Below, piece after piece: positions 8,413 through 17,600 of a DNA stretch of 24,264 bases (positions within the stretch are counted from its first letter, which is position 1; each line of letters begins with the position of its first letter). Source of the stretch: a virus (lineage: Duplodnaviria > Caudoviricetes); the IMG/VR virus record IMGVR_UViG_3300017759_000079, positions 1 to 24,264 of that record. One strand, written 5' to 3'. The notes under the pieces are model-generated. The model saw only the letters and a list, made by a program, of their open reading frames with translations, was not told where the DNA came from and searched no databases. The position numbers were made by a program, and so were the translations under genes.

Positions 8413-8565
8413 CTATTCATTTTCTTTTGAATATACTGATCCAATACCTTGTGCCATTAAACTGCCATCACAACATTTTCTGTGATAAGTATTGTCCTCA
8501 CACAAACATCCTCTTTTACCATTTTTAGGGCTTGAATAACTCGGTGTTTTAAAATATCTATTCAT
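8413..8565 (-). CDS. Small Cys-rich protein (50 aa)
   Basis: MNRYFKTPSYSSPKNGKRGCLCEDNTYHRKCCDGSLMAQGIGSVYSKENE; overlaps the protease stop. Confidence 0.75.
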   Translation of the reverse strand: MNRYFKTPSYSSPKNGKRGCLCEDNTYHRKCCDGSLMAQGIGSVYSKENE

Positions 8566-9142
8566 TTGAAATTATATTTTTTAATGTTTGAATGATTTGT
8601 TGATTCATCTCCTCCTCAGTAATTTTATTTCCCTCTGCTTTATCAGCGAAGTAACCCTCAATGCTAAAGCCTTTGACCTTTCCTGTTTTTACATATTCAT
8701 TCCAAACCTGATCATTGTCAACCTTTACTGCTCCAACCCAACTGCCTAATGGCAAGTCCATTCCATAAATGTTTGACTTGTCATTTTTTTTATCCTCAAC
8801 CAACCATGATTCAACAAGAGTTAACCCCTTTAAATCCTCACTATGCTCCAAAGTGGAGTTGGCTTGGTTTCCTTGTTTTAGGTATAGTTGGGATGCTTTC
8901 TGAACTGTCTCTCTGCTGAAATAAATATAGTATTCATCTTCTCCATTTTTTCTGTAAATAGGTTTATTAGGTATCAGTATTGGTCCGACTAAGATTTTTC
9001 GCTCCTTGTCTTGTTCTGCGAATCTAAACTCTTGCGACTTTAAAGCAACAAAGTCCTGCTCAATTGCAGGAGATTCAACAACAGAAATTGCTTCAACAAA
9101 ATTGTCTTGATCTTCATCCAAAATTAGTTCGACTATTCTCAT
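8558..9142 (-). CDS. Prohead serine protease, XkdF-like (Peptidase_S78_2), 194 aa
   Basis: AISVVESPAIE, GPILIPNKPIYR, TLEH, VESW, LPLGSW and VKTGKVKGFSIEG. Start moved to ATG 9142, after the late-promoter motif. Confidence 0.88.
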   Translation of the reverse strand: MRIVELILDEDQDNFVEAISVVESPAIEQDFVALKSQEFRFAEQDKERKILVGPILIPNKPIYRKNGEDEYYIYFSRETVQKASQLYLKQGNQANSTLEHSEDLKGLTLVESWLVEDKKNDKSNIYGMDLPLGSWVGAVKVDNDQVWNEYVKTGKVKGFSIEGYFADKAEGNKITEEEMNQQIIQTLKNIISNE

Positions 9143-9146
9143 AATT

Positions 9147-9173
9147 GTATAACGCGTTAAATTTATTTTTTTG
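9147..9173 (-). promoter_or_regulatory. Putative late promoter CAA-N16-CGTTATAC
   Basis: CACAA AAAAATAAATTTAACG CGTTATAC AATT ATG. Confidence 0.75.
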
Positions 9174-9176
9174 TGT

Positions 9177-11759
9177 TTAACCGATGGTTGCACCATCAAC
9201 AATGTTTCTCTCTAAACTTTGTGCTGTTGTAACATCTTGACTCGTAACAAATGCTTTGATTGGTTGCTGTTGCTGACCTGCTATTGCATCAGCTAATTGA
9301 TTTGTTCCGCTTGATCCAACTATATTAAATGCAGGTAATTGTGATCCTCCCTCAGCATTTGCCATTCTCGGTGTTGAAACTGTTGGGGCTGATCCTCCTC
9401 CCCCTCCTGAAGCTCCTGATTTTGCAACTGCTTTTTTTACGCTCCTCATTAAAGCAATTCCTTGACCAACAGCCATTGCAATAGTAATGATGTTTTGTGG
9501 AAAACCGATTTTTGAACTTGACGAAATGTTTTTTGCTGAATCAACTGCTGACTCAGCCACAGCTTGTTTGCCTTTGAATGAAATCCTTTTGAGTTCCAAA
9601 ATACTCTCTTTTAGCATCAATGCTTGTTTTGCAACAAGTAATGCTTTTCCGACTCCACTCTCTGCACCTGCTACTGAGATCACAGCATCCAATGTGTCAA
9701 GCTTATCTTGCCTCTTTTTAGCCTCAATATCTGAAAGGTGCTCTTGCTCTTCTGTATTGATTTCAACCATCCGATCTGCAAGCTGTTTTTTAAGCAAAGC
9801 CTTTTGCTCATCGTTCAACAACTCATCTTCAAGCAATAATGCTTGTTGCTCTTTTATTTTCTCTCTTCTTTCGCTAAATTGTAACTCATCAATTTCTTTG
9901 TCGAAAGTGAATTGATCAAGCTTTTCTTGGTTTTTCTTATTTCGATCCGATTGAGCTTTTTCTTCATCTTTAGCTTTTGCCTCCTTTTCTAAACTATCAT
10001 AAAAATCGTTAATTTGCTTTTCTGCTTTTCTTTTCTCCTCTGTAGTTAACTTTAAAGCATCCAACTCCTCTAATGCTCTTTGACGTTTTCTTTCTGCTTT
10101 TTCTAATTCTGATTTGTCGACTAAATTCTCAGATGCTTGTTGATATTTTTTTTCAATAGCAGCCAACTTTTTTAAATCACTTTCCCTCTGCTTTCTTGCC
10201 TCTTCTGCCGCTTTTTTTCTATTCTCTTCTGCCTCTGCATCAAACTTAGCTTGTTGCTCCTGATTCTTTTTTTCTTGTTTTTTCTTTTCTTTTCTCTCTG
10301 CTTGTCCACTTCTTTCTGCAGCGAATCTAATTGCCGCTGTCAATCGGTTTTGAGCAACCTGTGCAAATTTTTCTGCTCCTGCCTGAATATCCTTTGCCCC
10401 ATCCTCAACCAATTTTTTAGCCTCATCAAATCTTTTTTGAGCGGCTTTTTTATCAATAGCTTTTCCGATCAAAGGTATTTTTGAAATTGCCAAAATAGCA
10501 CTATTAGCAAACATTCCTATTGCACCGCCTAAAATTTTCAATAGCCCTTTTAGTATATCTACGTTTCCACTAACTGCAAGTTTGATATTGTTCCATGATT
10601 CACGAAAGCTAAAAGCCAAAACATCAATAACAAATCCCAATCCCTCGATTGCTAATGTCAACCCCTGAATGACTTTCCTTTGTAAGAAATTTATTGGTCC
10701 CTCTCCATCTTCAAAGCCCAAAAGTAAGCCCTCCCAAGCTGATCCAAGTTTTGTCATATCCCCATCTAAATTGTCGAGTCTGACCTCTGCCATTTTTGCT
10801 GCAGCACCCTCAGCACCCTCAAATTTTGAAGTCAAATCGTCCAATTCCTGATTGCCGACTTTTGCTAAGTTAAGTAAAGCTTTACCTCCATTGATTCCTA
10901 CCAACTCGATTGCTGTGTTCAACTTGTTTGAAGAGCCATTGACCTGATCCATAGCCTCCTCTAAAGTCAATCCCTTTTTTGATAACTCAATAAATGTCTT
11001 AGCAAGTCCTGTTCCTGCCATACTGCCTGTGATACCTGTATTTGCCAATCCACCAAGCAATGCTGTTGTTCTCTCAACGCTCACTCCGACTGCAGATGCG
11101 GCAGGTGCAACCATTTTCAAACTCTCTCTCAACTTATCAAAATCCAAAGCTGTTGTTGAGGTGCTTTTAGCAAAGACATCTACCAACCTTTGTGTGTCCT
11201 CAGTTTCCAAACCAAATGCACGAACTGTTGATCCTGCAAAAGCAGCAGCCTCACTCAATCCAATCTCCAAAGATGCAGCCAAATCCAAAATAGCAGGAGT
11301 TGAATTTTCAATGTCTTGTAATGAAAACCCTAACTTAGCTAATTCGGTCTGTAAACCCAAAACTTGCTTTGCTGTAAAAGCTGTTGTTGATCCTAATTGC
11401 TTTGCTTGATCAGTAACTCTCTCCAATTCATCTGCTGTCTTTCCTGTAACTGCTCTTAATGTAGAAACACCTTTCCCAAACTCAGCACCTGCCTTTGCAG
11501 CTTTAGCCATAACACCAACCAAAGCACCAACTGCCACAACTATTGCTCCGACTCCTGTTGAAATAAGTGCAATTTTGAAAGCGTTAAGTGCAGGGATTGC
11601 AGATAATATGCCTGCCCTCATTGCACCAAAAGCACCTGACAAACCTTTGCTTGTAGTCTTTGCAGATTTACCTGTCTTTTGTAAACCCTTGTCAAGCTTT
11701 GCTACGCTTTGTTGCGCCTTGCCTGTTTCTATCTTTACAATTATTGTTTCTTGCGCCAT
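9177..11759 (-). CDS. Tail tape measure protein, TP901-type core (860 aa)
   Basis: AKQLGSTTAFTAKQV...ELAKLGF, G..GSMAGT.L and RLDNLDGDMTKLGSAWEG motifs; Ala/Gly-rich hydrophobic segments and a long K/E coiled coil. Confidence 0.93.
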   Translation of the reverse strand: MAQETIIVKIETGKAQQSVAKLDKGLQKTGKSAKTTSKGLSGAFGAMRAGILSAIPALNAFKIALISTGVGAIVVAVGALVGVMAKAAKAGAEFGKGVSTLRAVTGKTADELERVTDQAKQLGSTTAFTAKQVLGLQTELAKLGFSLQDIENSTPAILDLAASLEIGLSEAAAFAGSTVRAFGLETEDTQRLVDVFAKSTSTTALDFDKLRESLKMVAPAASAVGVSVERTTALLGGLANTGITGSMAGTGLAKTFIELSKKGLTLEEAMDQVNGSSNKLNTAIELVGINGGKALLNLAKVGNQELDDLTSKFEGAEGAAAKMAEVRLDNLDGDMTKLGSAWEGLLLGFEDGEGPINFLQRKVIQGLTLAIEGLGFVIDVLAFSFRESWNNIKLAVSGNVDILKGLLKILGGAIGMFANSAILAISKIPLIGKAIDKKAAQKRFDEAKKLVEDGAKDIQAGAEKFAQVAQNRLTAAIRFAAERSGQAERKEKKKQEKKNQEQQAKFDAEAEENRKKAAEEARKQRESDLKKLAAIEKKYQQASENLVDKSELEKAERKRQRALEELDALKLTTEEKRKAEKQINDFYDSLEKEAKAKDEEKAQSDRNKKNQEKLDQFTFDKEIDELQFSERREKIKEQQALLLEDELLNDEQKALLKKQLADRMVEINTEEQEHLSDIEAKKRQDKLDTLDAVISVAGAESGVGKALLVAKQALMLKESILELKRISFKGKQAVAESAVDSAKNISSSSKIGFPQNIITIAMAVGQGIALMRSVKKAVAKSGASGGGGGSAPTVSTPRMANAEGGSQLPAFNIVGSSGTNQLADAIAGQQQQPIKAFVTSQDVTTAQSLERNIVDGATIG

Positions 11760-11890
11760 GATATTTCTCTTTTAGCTTGTTTAAAGCCCTCTTTTATTGT
11801 TTGGGGTAATTTATACTTTCCTTGTGCAATTCTTATGCTTTCGGTTTCTCCATTTAAGTAGGGTAATAATTTTATTATTTCGTTTATCAT
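11741..11890 (-). CDS. Small hypothetical protein (49 aa)
   Basis: MINEIIKLLPYLNGETESIRIAQGKYKLPQTIKEGFKQAKREISWRKKQ. TAATG coupling upstream; overlaps the tape measure start. Confidence 0.7.
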   Translation of the reverse strand: MINEIIKLLPYLNGETESIRIAQGKYKLPQTIKEGFKQAKREISWRKKQ

Positions 11891-14091
11891 TAGTATATGT
11901 TTGATGTATAATTAAACAATTCTAACTTGCTCTCATTATTTTTAAGATTAGTTGTTATGCTGTTTATTATGTAAAATCTATTTCCTATTTGCAACCTGTC
12001 TGCGAGTGAATAATTCCTTAAAAAATCAGGTGGTAAAAAAGCTGTGATTTTTACTGCTCTTCTTTTCTGACTGAAAACTTCTTTTATGTATTTTAAATAA
12101 TACTCATTAAATAAACTCCGATCCTTTGTGATTCCTGTCCATTCATCAACTTCTGATCCAAAGTTTATTGTTTCTTGCTGTAAGCTATTTGCAGCACGAT
12201 TGTATTGTGTAACAGGTGCTGCATTGTTAGAATCAATGCCTGAATAAAAACTCAATCTTCTTGCGTAGCCTGTTTGTGTTTGCCTTCTTAAAAAAAGTAG
12301 AGGTTTTGTAAGTGTAGCATTTTGATCCTTATCAACACTCCATCCGACTGCTATGTTTGTTCGTACGCTTCCATCCGACAGCCTTTCGTAAATCATTTTT
12401 TCAAAAGGTAAAGTAATTACATATTTGTTGCCTCTATCTGTTGAAGCAACTTCAGGTTGCTGAGTACAATTCTCTAAAAATCCAAACTTGTTATTGTTGA
12501 TCTCATTAAAATTGTGAGCCAAAAATGTCTTAGGTTCTTGCCATCTCAAAGCGACCTCTTGATATGGTATAGCATAGTCAATATCTGATTTGTTTTTAGC
12601 TACATATTTAGTAATGTCTCTTACAATTCCTGTCTCCATAAATTTGTCTAAAGTCATGACCTTGACCTTGCCATCTCTTTGAATAAAAGCTGTTAGGTTA
12701 AACATCTTAAACATGCCTGTCAAAAATTCTAAAACCTTGATATTAGGCATTTGATCTGACATAACTATTCTCGAAACCCCTGTTGTTGGCTGTATGTCTC
12801 TAAATTGTTGCTCAAAACTTATAGTATAATTTGAAAAAAAACTGTTTAAAATTCTTGATCCTTTTATTCTTAAATCAGCTGAGTAAGTAAAATTAGGATC
12901 GCTTGTTTCAATAACCCATCGAAAAGATTGTCTGTTTGTTCCTAAAATAAAAGATTGTAAAACACCTGTTCCTGTTTGATTTTGTATTGAATTTTGTATT
13001 GATGTTGTGCCTGTAACATTCTCACAAATGATGTTAAACGGTTGACTGCTTGATGATGTTATAGTTAATGAATAAGAATAAGATTCGCTCTGTGCTTGGT
13101 AATTAGGGTAACCCAATCCATTGTTGTAATACCAACTATCACAACTCCAAATCCCTCCTGAGATTTCTGAGTTTGCACAAGGGAATGGTGTTATACCACC
13201 AAATGCATTTGCATTTGTGTAACAAGTTGCATCCTGAAGTGGGTTGATGACTGACCAAGTATTGATGTCTCCTGCAATATATCCGATCCCTGTGATAGGT
13301 ATTCTAATTTGACTGCCTCCTGAATAACTGACTGCAAGGTCTCCCTTTTGTCTTGCTATCCACAAATATAGCTTGTCGTAGATATCATTTTGAGATGTAT
13401 TAAAAAAAGAATCTGCATCTGTTTTGTTAAATTCTAAACCTGCAAAATTCTCAATCTCCTCAATGACTTTTGAAACCCTGATTGCAGGTTTTAAATCTGT
13501 ATATCTGACTCCTTGATTGTTTGTAGGGCCACTCCCTGCATAGTCCAAATTGCGACTCCCTGCAGATGTATTTGAACTATCGAAATAAAGCCTCTCTGTG
13601 TGAGATATTAAGGGGTAAATAATATTATTTGATATTAAATTTGCTCTCAAACCCTGCAGAACATTTGCTCTGTTATAATCATGATTGTAAGTTGTAACTG
13701 CCTCGAAAACATTTTGAAGTGAAATCTCTTTTAATTTTTTTTTGAGATCAACTGTTTCTCCAAAAAATGTCGCCTTGTAAGCATAAGGTTTATTGTTTGT
13801 CATTTTGACTCCATCCAAAGCCAAAAATCCTTTTCTAAATTCTTGTTGATTTAACAAAATTTTTGCAGGTAATTTGTCATTTGCATTGAATCCATTAGCA
13901 ATCCCATCGTCATAAAAATGCTTAAAAACTCGATTGTTGATTTTAGATGCAGGCATTGTAAACGACTTAGAAAAATCAGTGAAGATTGATCCAATGTCTT
14001 TCACATTTTGAATTGTTTGTGTAAGAGTAATGCTCTCATCTTTAAAAAGCTCTACTCTCTGACCATCAACAAAAAGCTGTACTATCTGCAT
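11890..14091 (-). CDS. Tail tip/hub-like structural protein (733 aa)
   Basis: N-terminal LFVDGQRVELFKDESITLTQ...DFSKSFTMPAS..NN..F and later MPNIKVLEFLTGMFKMFNL; lies in the tail module. Precise role is inferred. Confidence 0.7.
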   Translation of the reverse strand: MQIVQLFVDGQRVELFKDESITLTQTIQNVKDIGSIFTDFSKSFTMPASKINNRVFKHFYDDGIANGFNANDKLPAKILLNQQEFRKGFLALDGVKMTNNKPYAYKATFFGETVDLKKKLKEISLQNVFEAVTTYNHDYNRANVLQGLRANLISNNIIYPLISHTERLYFDSSNTSAGSRNLDYAGSGPTNNQGVRYTDLKPAIRVSKVIEEIENFAGLEFNKTDADSFFNTSQNDIYDKLYLWIARQKGDLAVSYSGGSQIRIPITGIGYIAGDINTWSVINPLQDATCYTNANAFGGITPFPCANSEISGGIWSCDSWYYNNGLGYPNYQAQSESYSYSLTITSSSSQPFNIICENVTGTTSIQNSIQNQTGTGVLQSFILGTNRQSFRWVIETSDPNFTYSADLRIKGSRILNSFFSNYTISFEQQFRDIQPTTGVSRIVMSDQMPNIKVLEFLTGMFKMFNLTAFIQRDGKVKVMTLDKFMETGIVRDITKYVAKNKSDIDYAIPYQEVALRWQEPKTFLAHNFNEINNNKFGFLENCTQQPEVASTDRGNKYVITLPFEKMIYERLSDGSVRTNIAVGWSVDKDQNATLTKPLLFLRRQTQTGYARRLSFYSGIDSNNAAPVTQYNRAANSLQQETINFGSEVDEWTGITKDRSLFNEYYLKYIKEVFSQKRRAVKITAFLPPDFLRNYSLADRLQIGNRFYIINSITTNLKNNESKLELFNYTSNIY

Positions 14092-15258
14092 TTATCTTAC
14101 ATTTTGAATTGTGTCAAAAGCATATTCAAATTCAAATGTGTATTGAATCAGCTTGTCATTGACTCCTGTTTTAAATTGTTGACTCGATGTTTTAACAATT
14201 ACAGGCACGACGCTTAAATCTTCAAACTCCAACCAAACGCTCTCAGATAAAAGCAATTGCTTGATAGGATCATTCATGCACTCTCCAATAAATCCTGTAT
14301 TGCAAACTATTCTCTCATTTGCCGAAATATCAAATCTCTGTTTTGTATGGGAGTTAGTATCATAGCTTGGTATTGTGGTTGTATAATCTAAAATGTTTGC
14401 TTTAAATTCCTGATCTCTAACCTGTATAGATTGTATGCTTTTCTTATCAACCCAAATATCCTGCAACGCTCCATATTTATTGTAAAATACCACTCTTATT
14501 TTTTCAAACTTTCCACATTGTAATCGGTTAAGAGTAAGAACTGTGGTTTGACTTGATCCTACATTGCTTTGTATTGTAATTGTATCTCCATCTCCAAATT
14601 GTCCTGCACCTAAAATCAAGTATTGTATTTTATCATTTGAATCACTACTATCTGTAATCACTTGACTAACTGCTGTTCCATCCCAATTAACATCTGCTGC
14701 AGTCCAATAGTATTCTGTCTCATTCCAATATCCTGCCCCTCCGATGTAATTTGCTGTGCCTTGTGGCTCTGAAAATAAAGGGATTCGTATATCTCTCCCT
14801 GTTGTAAAATAGATACAATGATTGTCTTGCAATACTTGAGGTGTAAAAGGTTGTGCAGGATTTTGAGGTTGATTAAATCTTCGTGGGTTTGATCCCTCAT
14901 TAAAATAGCCGAATCCATCAAAAGCCAAAAAAATTCTATCGTCTTGCTCTGTGAAAACTGTATTGTCAAACTCTGTTATAACTGCATCTAACTCAACCCA
15001 AACTGCATCAATAGCAGATGTGTAGTATTTTGTAAACAATTCATCTCGAATAAACTCTGCTATGTCAATAACAATGTAAGGTGTATTTGTAGATACGATT
15101 TCTCTCTCAATATAGAAATCCGATGTCGGAGGTTTATCTGTTCCGAAAACTCCACTGTAAATAAAAACATTTACTTGCACCCCAACTAAAGTTCGGTTGC
15201 TTTGTGTTGCCTCATATTTAACGAAGTACGGACTTCTTGCATTTATGATTGTACTCAT
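14092..15258 (-). CDS. Tail structural protein, distal-tail-like (388 aa)
   Basis: MSTIINARSPYF..., VFYNKYGALQ, IKQLLLSESVW, KLIQYTFEFEYA; tail module context. Confidence 0.65.
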   Translation of the reverse strand: MSTIINARSPYFVKYEATQSNRTLVGVQVNVFIYSGVFGTDKPPTSDFYIEREIVSTNTPYIVIDIAEFIRDELFTKYYTSAIDAVWVELDAVITEFDNTVFTEQDDRIFLAFDGFGYFNEGSNPRRFNQPQNPAQPFTPQVLQDNHCIYFTTGRDIRIPLFSEPQGTANYIGGAGYWNETEYYWTAADVNWDGTAVSQVITDSSDSNDKIQYLILGAGQFGDGDTITIQSNVGSSQTTVLTLNRLQCGKFEKIRVVFYNKYGALQDIWVDKKSIQSIQVRDQEFKANILDYTTTIPSYDTNSHTKQRFDISANERIVCNTGFIGECMNDPIKQLLLSESVWLEFEDLSVVPVIVKTSSQQFKTGVNDKLIQYTFEFEYAFDTIQNVR

Positions 15259-15839
15259 TGGTTATCTGTTTTTCTATTTTGATATTTTTCTTTGATCATA
15301 GTAACTAAATCTCTGACAAAACCCTGAGTCACTTCATCAGGCAAACGACCATACGCTCTGTTGTAAGGGTTTGAAAAAAAATAAGTAGGTTTGATCCCCT
15401 GAGCATAGATAAACTTGCTTAAAACGAATCCAATTGCTTTGTAGTTGCCTTTTGCGAATCTTCCCTTTTCATCTCTCAATCTAAAATTTTTTCTTTTAGC
15501 CCATTCTGTAAGAGGTTTCATTGGTGGGTATTTACTTTTGAAACTGAATCTGCTTAAAGGTGCTTTTTGAACTCCTGTTCTTTTTTTTCCATTAGCAGTC
15601 CATCTGTCAATGATTGATGGGTCTGCACCTTTGACTCCCTGATCAACAAATGCTCCATACTTCCCCAAATTAAAAACAACAGAAAACCCTTTTTTGTCCT
15701 CAATGATTGAATAGTTTAATGCTGAATAAAGCAAACCCTGATCAATCTTTTTTCTCCTTGTTAGGTTGCCTCTTGATTTAGCTATTACATTCTTGCCAAA
15801 AGCTTCAATGACTTGTCTTGTTTCTTTTAGGTATTGCAT
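15255..15839 (-). CDS. Neck/tail completion protein (HK97 gp10-like), 194 aa
   Basis: Basic protein with G.L..AL, YGAFVDQGVKG and GIKPTYFF motifs. Confidence 0.65.
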   Translation of the reverse strand: MQYLKETRQVIEAFGKNVIAKSRGNLTRRKKIDQGLLYSALNYSIIEDKKGFSVVFNLGKYGAFVDQGVKGADPSIIDRWTANGKKRTGVQKAPLSRFSFKSKYPPMKPLTEWAKRKNFRLRDEKGRFAKGNYKAIGFVLSKFIYAQGIKPTYFFSNPYNRAYGRLPDEVTQGFVRDLVTMIKEKYQNRKTDNQ

Positions 15840-16327
15840 CGATCAATGTTATTTCTTGTTTCTACATTAAAGGTAAAACTCCATCCTGCCAACAAATTTT
15901 CAAATCTGTCTTTGAATGGCTCTGCCTGTACTGATTCTCTGACTATCCTTGTATTGCCATCATTCTTTGAGCCACTATTAAAAATGTCTGTAACGTGATT
16001 CCCTGAATTTAACATTGAATTAAAAACCCAATTTTCATTGTCATTTGCATAAATCTCTGCCTCTGTAATATCAACTCCTGTCTCCTTGCCCTCTGTAACC
16101 ATATCCATAAAAAGAATTGTAACATTGTAGGTAATTATTGTACTATTAAACTGAGCACTATTTACAATAATGTGAGCCAAAGGAAAGATGCTTTGCTTAT
16201 CCAAATCAACTTCACTAATGTCTCCCTGTGAAACTGTATTGATTAGCTTATTATCCAAGCAACTATCTCTCAGGATTTCGATTAGTTGTAAAAAACTTTT
16301 TGATCCTTGATTTTGATTTACTGCCAT
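15827..16327 (-). CDS. Tail terminator-like protein (166 aa)
   Basis: Acidic; VSQGDI.EVDLDKQSIFPLAHI and EPFKDRFENLLAGW; adjacent to the completion protein. Confidence 0.65.
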   Translation of the reverse strand: MAVNQNQGSKSFLQLIEILRDSCLDNKLINTVSQGDISEVDLDKQSIFPLAHIIVNSAQFNSTIITYNVTILFMDMVTEGKETGVDITEAEIYANDNENWVFNSMLNSGNHVTDIFNSGSKNDGNTRIVRESVQAEPFKDRFENLLAGWSFTFNVETRNNIDRCNT

Positions 16328-16585
16328 TTAAAATTTGTTTTTAATTTCCTTGCCCTCGATTGATTCCTTTTCTTTTATGAATGCTAACATTGTAAAACAA
16401 AAATTTACATTTAATTTAGTGACCTTTTCAATTCTTGTAATGTCTCCCTTACTGAGTGCAAAGAGTGATTGATACCATCCCCATTTGTTTGAGAAGCCGC
16501 TTTGAGCGCTTGTTGTATTTCCCTCTGTTTGCCCTTGTCCAAATAAGTCATCATAGCGGTCGAGCAATCTATCCCTAAACGATAA
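16328..16585 (-). CDS. -1 frameshifted C-terminal extension of the tail assembly chaperone (gpGT-like)
   Basis: The -1 frame is open from the T9 slippery run: LSFRDRLLDRYDDLFG...FSNKWGWYQSLFALSKGDI...CFTMLAFIKEK. The fusion product would be 251 aa. Confidence 0.8.
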   Translation of the reverse strand, partial: LSFRDRLLDRYDDLFGQGQTEGNTTSAQSGFSNKWGWYQSLFALSKGDITRIEKVTKLNVNFCFTMLAFIKEKESIEGKEIKNKF

Positions 16586-17082
16586 AAAAAAACTATTGAT
16601 GAAACTACTGCATCCAAAGGCATTTTGAGCATAACATCATGAAACTCCTCTCCATGATAATCGTAAAGAATGTATTTGTCTTTTAGTTTCTGCTTGATAG
16701 GGCGATATAGCACAGCCATAGCTTTGTGAACTTGCTGAATGTCTCCCAAATGATTATCGATGTCAATATACTCTCCGAAAGTCAAATCCTCTAAATTAGG
16801 CACAAACCCAAACTCACTCTCTCCCATTTTAAATGTCCTTACAAGTGGAGGTGTTTTTTGTATGATATCATAAATCTTTGTGGCGATCCTTTCAAAATCG
16901 ACTAACTTCATGTTGTTAGCAACATCATAAGAAACATTGCAAAAGATTTCAATTAATTTACAAGTTATAAATCTTTCCGACTCTTCGACATCTTCGTTTG
17001 CTTTTATGATCCTTTCGTATTTTTGATATTGCTCCAATGTAATATCACTCAAAGAATCAGGCACATTGATTTTTATTTCCAT
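16411..17082 (-). CDS. Tail assembly chaperone (gpG-like), 223 aa
   Basis: IPDSLSDITLEQYQ-like N-terminus, FGFVPNLEDLTFGEYIDID, AMAVLYRP; contains the GTT TTT TTT slippery site. Confidence 0.78.
   Translation of the reverse strand: MEIKINVPDSLSDITLEQYQKYERIIKANEDVEESERFITCKLIEIFCNVSYDVANNMKLVDFERIATKIYDIIQKTPPLVRTFKMGESEFGFVPNLEDLTFGEYIDIDNHLGDIQQVHKAMAVLYRPIKQKLKDKYILYDYHGEEFHDVMLKMPLDAVVSSIVFFYRLGIDCSTAMMTYLDKGKQREIQQALKAASQTNGDGINHSLHSVRETLQELKRSLN
16584..16593 (-). promoter_or_regulatory. Programmed -1 ribosomal frameshift slippery site (G-T9)
   Basis: ATA GTT TTT TTT TAT contains a correctly phased X XXY YYZ heptamer (T TTT TTT). Confidence 0.8.
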
Positions 17083-17088
17083 ATATAT

Positions 17089-17115
17089 GTATAACGCTAT
17101 TTTAAAAATTATTTG
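17089..17115 (-). promoter_or_regulatory. Putative late promoter CAA-N16-CGTTATAC (tail operon)
   Basis: TACAA ATAATTTTTAAAATAG CGTTATAC ATATAT ATG. Confidence 0.75.
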
Positions 17116-17129
17116 TAAATCTAAGTAAT

Positions 17130-17160
17130 AAAAAAAAGAGGCACATTAATGCACCTCCCT
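17130..17160 (-). terminator. Intrinsic terminator closing the small-gene island
   Basis: GAGGTGCA-TTAA-TGTGCCTC stem-loop followed by T8. Confidence 0.85.
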
Positions 17161-17185
17161 TTCAATTATAATAATAAAAAACAAT

Positions 17186-17422
17186 TTACTTGCTAATAAA
17201 TTTAGCGAGCTCCTTATATTTTTTTTGTATGAATTTTTTTTCACAAGCAACCTCATCAAAGGTTAGCTGAACAATACTTGGCAAATCCCTCATCAAATTG
17301 TAAGCATTAAAGGTAAGCAATCTGCCATCCTCTAATTCAAAACAAACCTCTCCATTTTTACCTCCCCACATTGAGATTGTATTGTCAATATATATGTCCT
17401 CTAAAATATCTCTTTCAGTCAT
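17186..17422 (-). CDS. Hypothetical protein (78 aa)
   Basis: ORF with ATGA coupling to the upstream ORF. Confidence 0.7.
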   Translation of the reverse strand: MTERDILEDIYIDNTISMWGGKNGEVCFELEDGRLLTFNAYNLMRDLPSIVQLTFDEVACEKKFIQKKYKELAKFISK

Positions 17423-17580
17423 TTTATGTTGTTTATTGTTGATCTAATCTCCATAGCTTTATTTTCGTAAGCCCTGTAGACCTCGCTTGATTCTCTTGTC
17501 ATTCCATTATGATTAAAAACTCCTATCATATTGTCAAAAAACTTTAATTCCTTTTTTAGATCGTCTAATTGTGTCCTCAT
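17419..17580 (-). CDS. Hypothetical protein (53 aa)
   Basis: MRTQLDDLKKELKFFDNMIGVFNHNGMTRESSEVYRAYENKAMEIRSTINNIK; A-rich start. Confidence 0.7.
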   Translation of the reverse strand: MRTQLDDLKKELKFFDNMIGVFNHNGMTRESSEVYRAYENKAMEIRSTINNIK

Positions 17581-17600
17581 TTTTTTTGTAAATTATAAAC

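Noticed and set aside
16328-16567. Independent 79-aa gene starting at TTG
   Set aside because: The frame is open back to the T9 slippery site, so it is better explained as the -1 frameshift extension.
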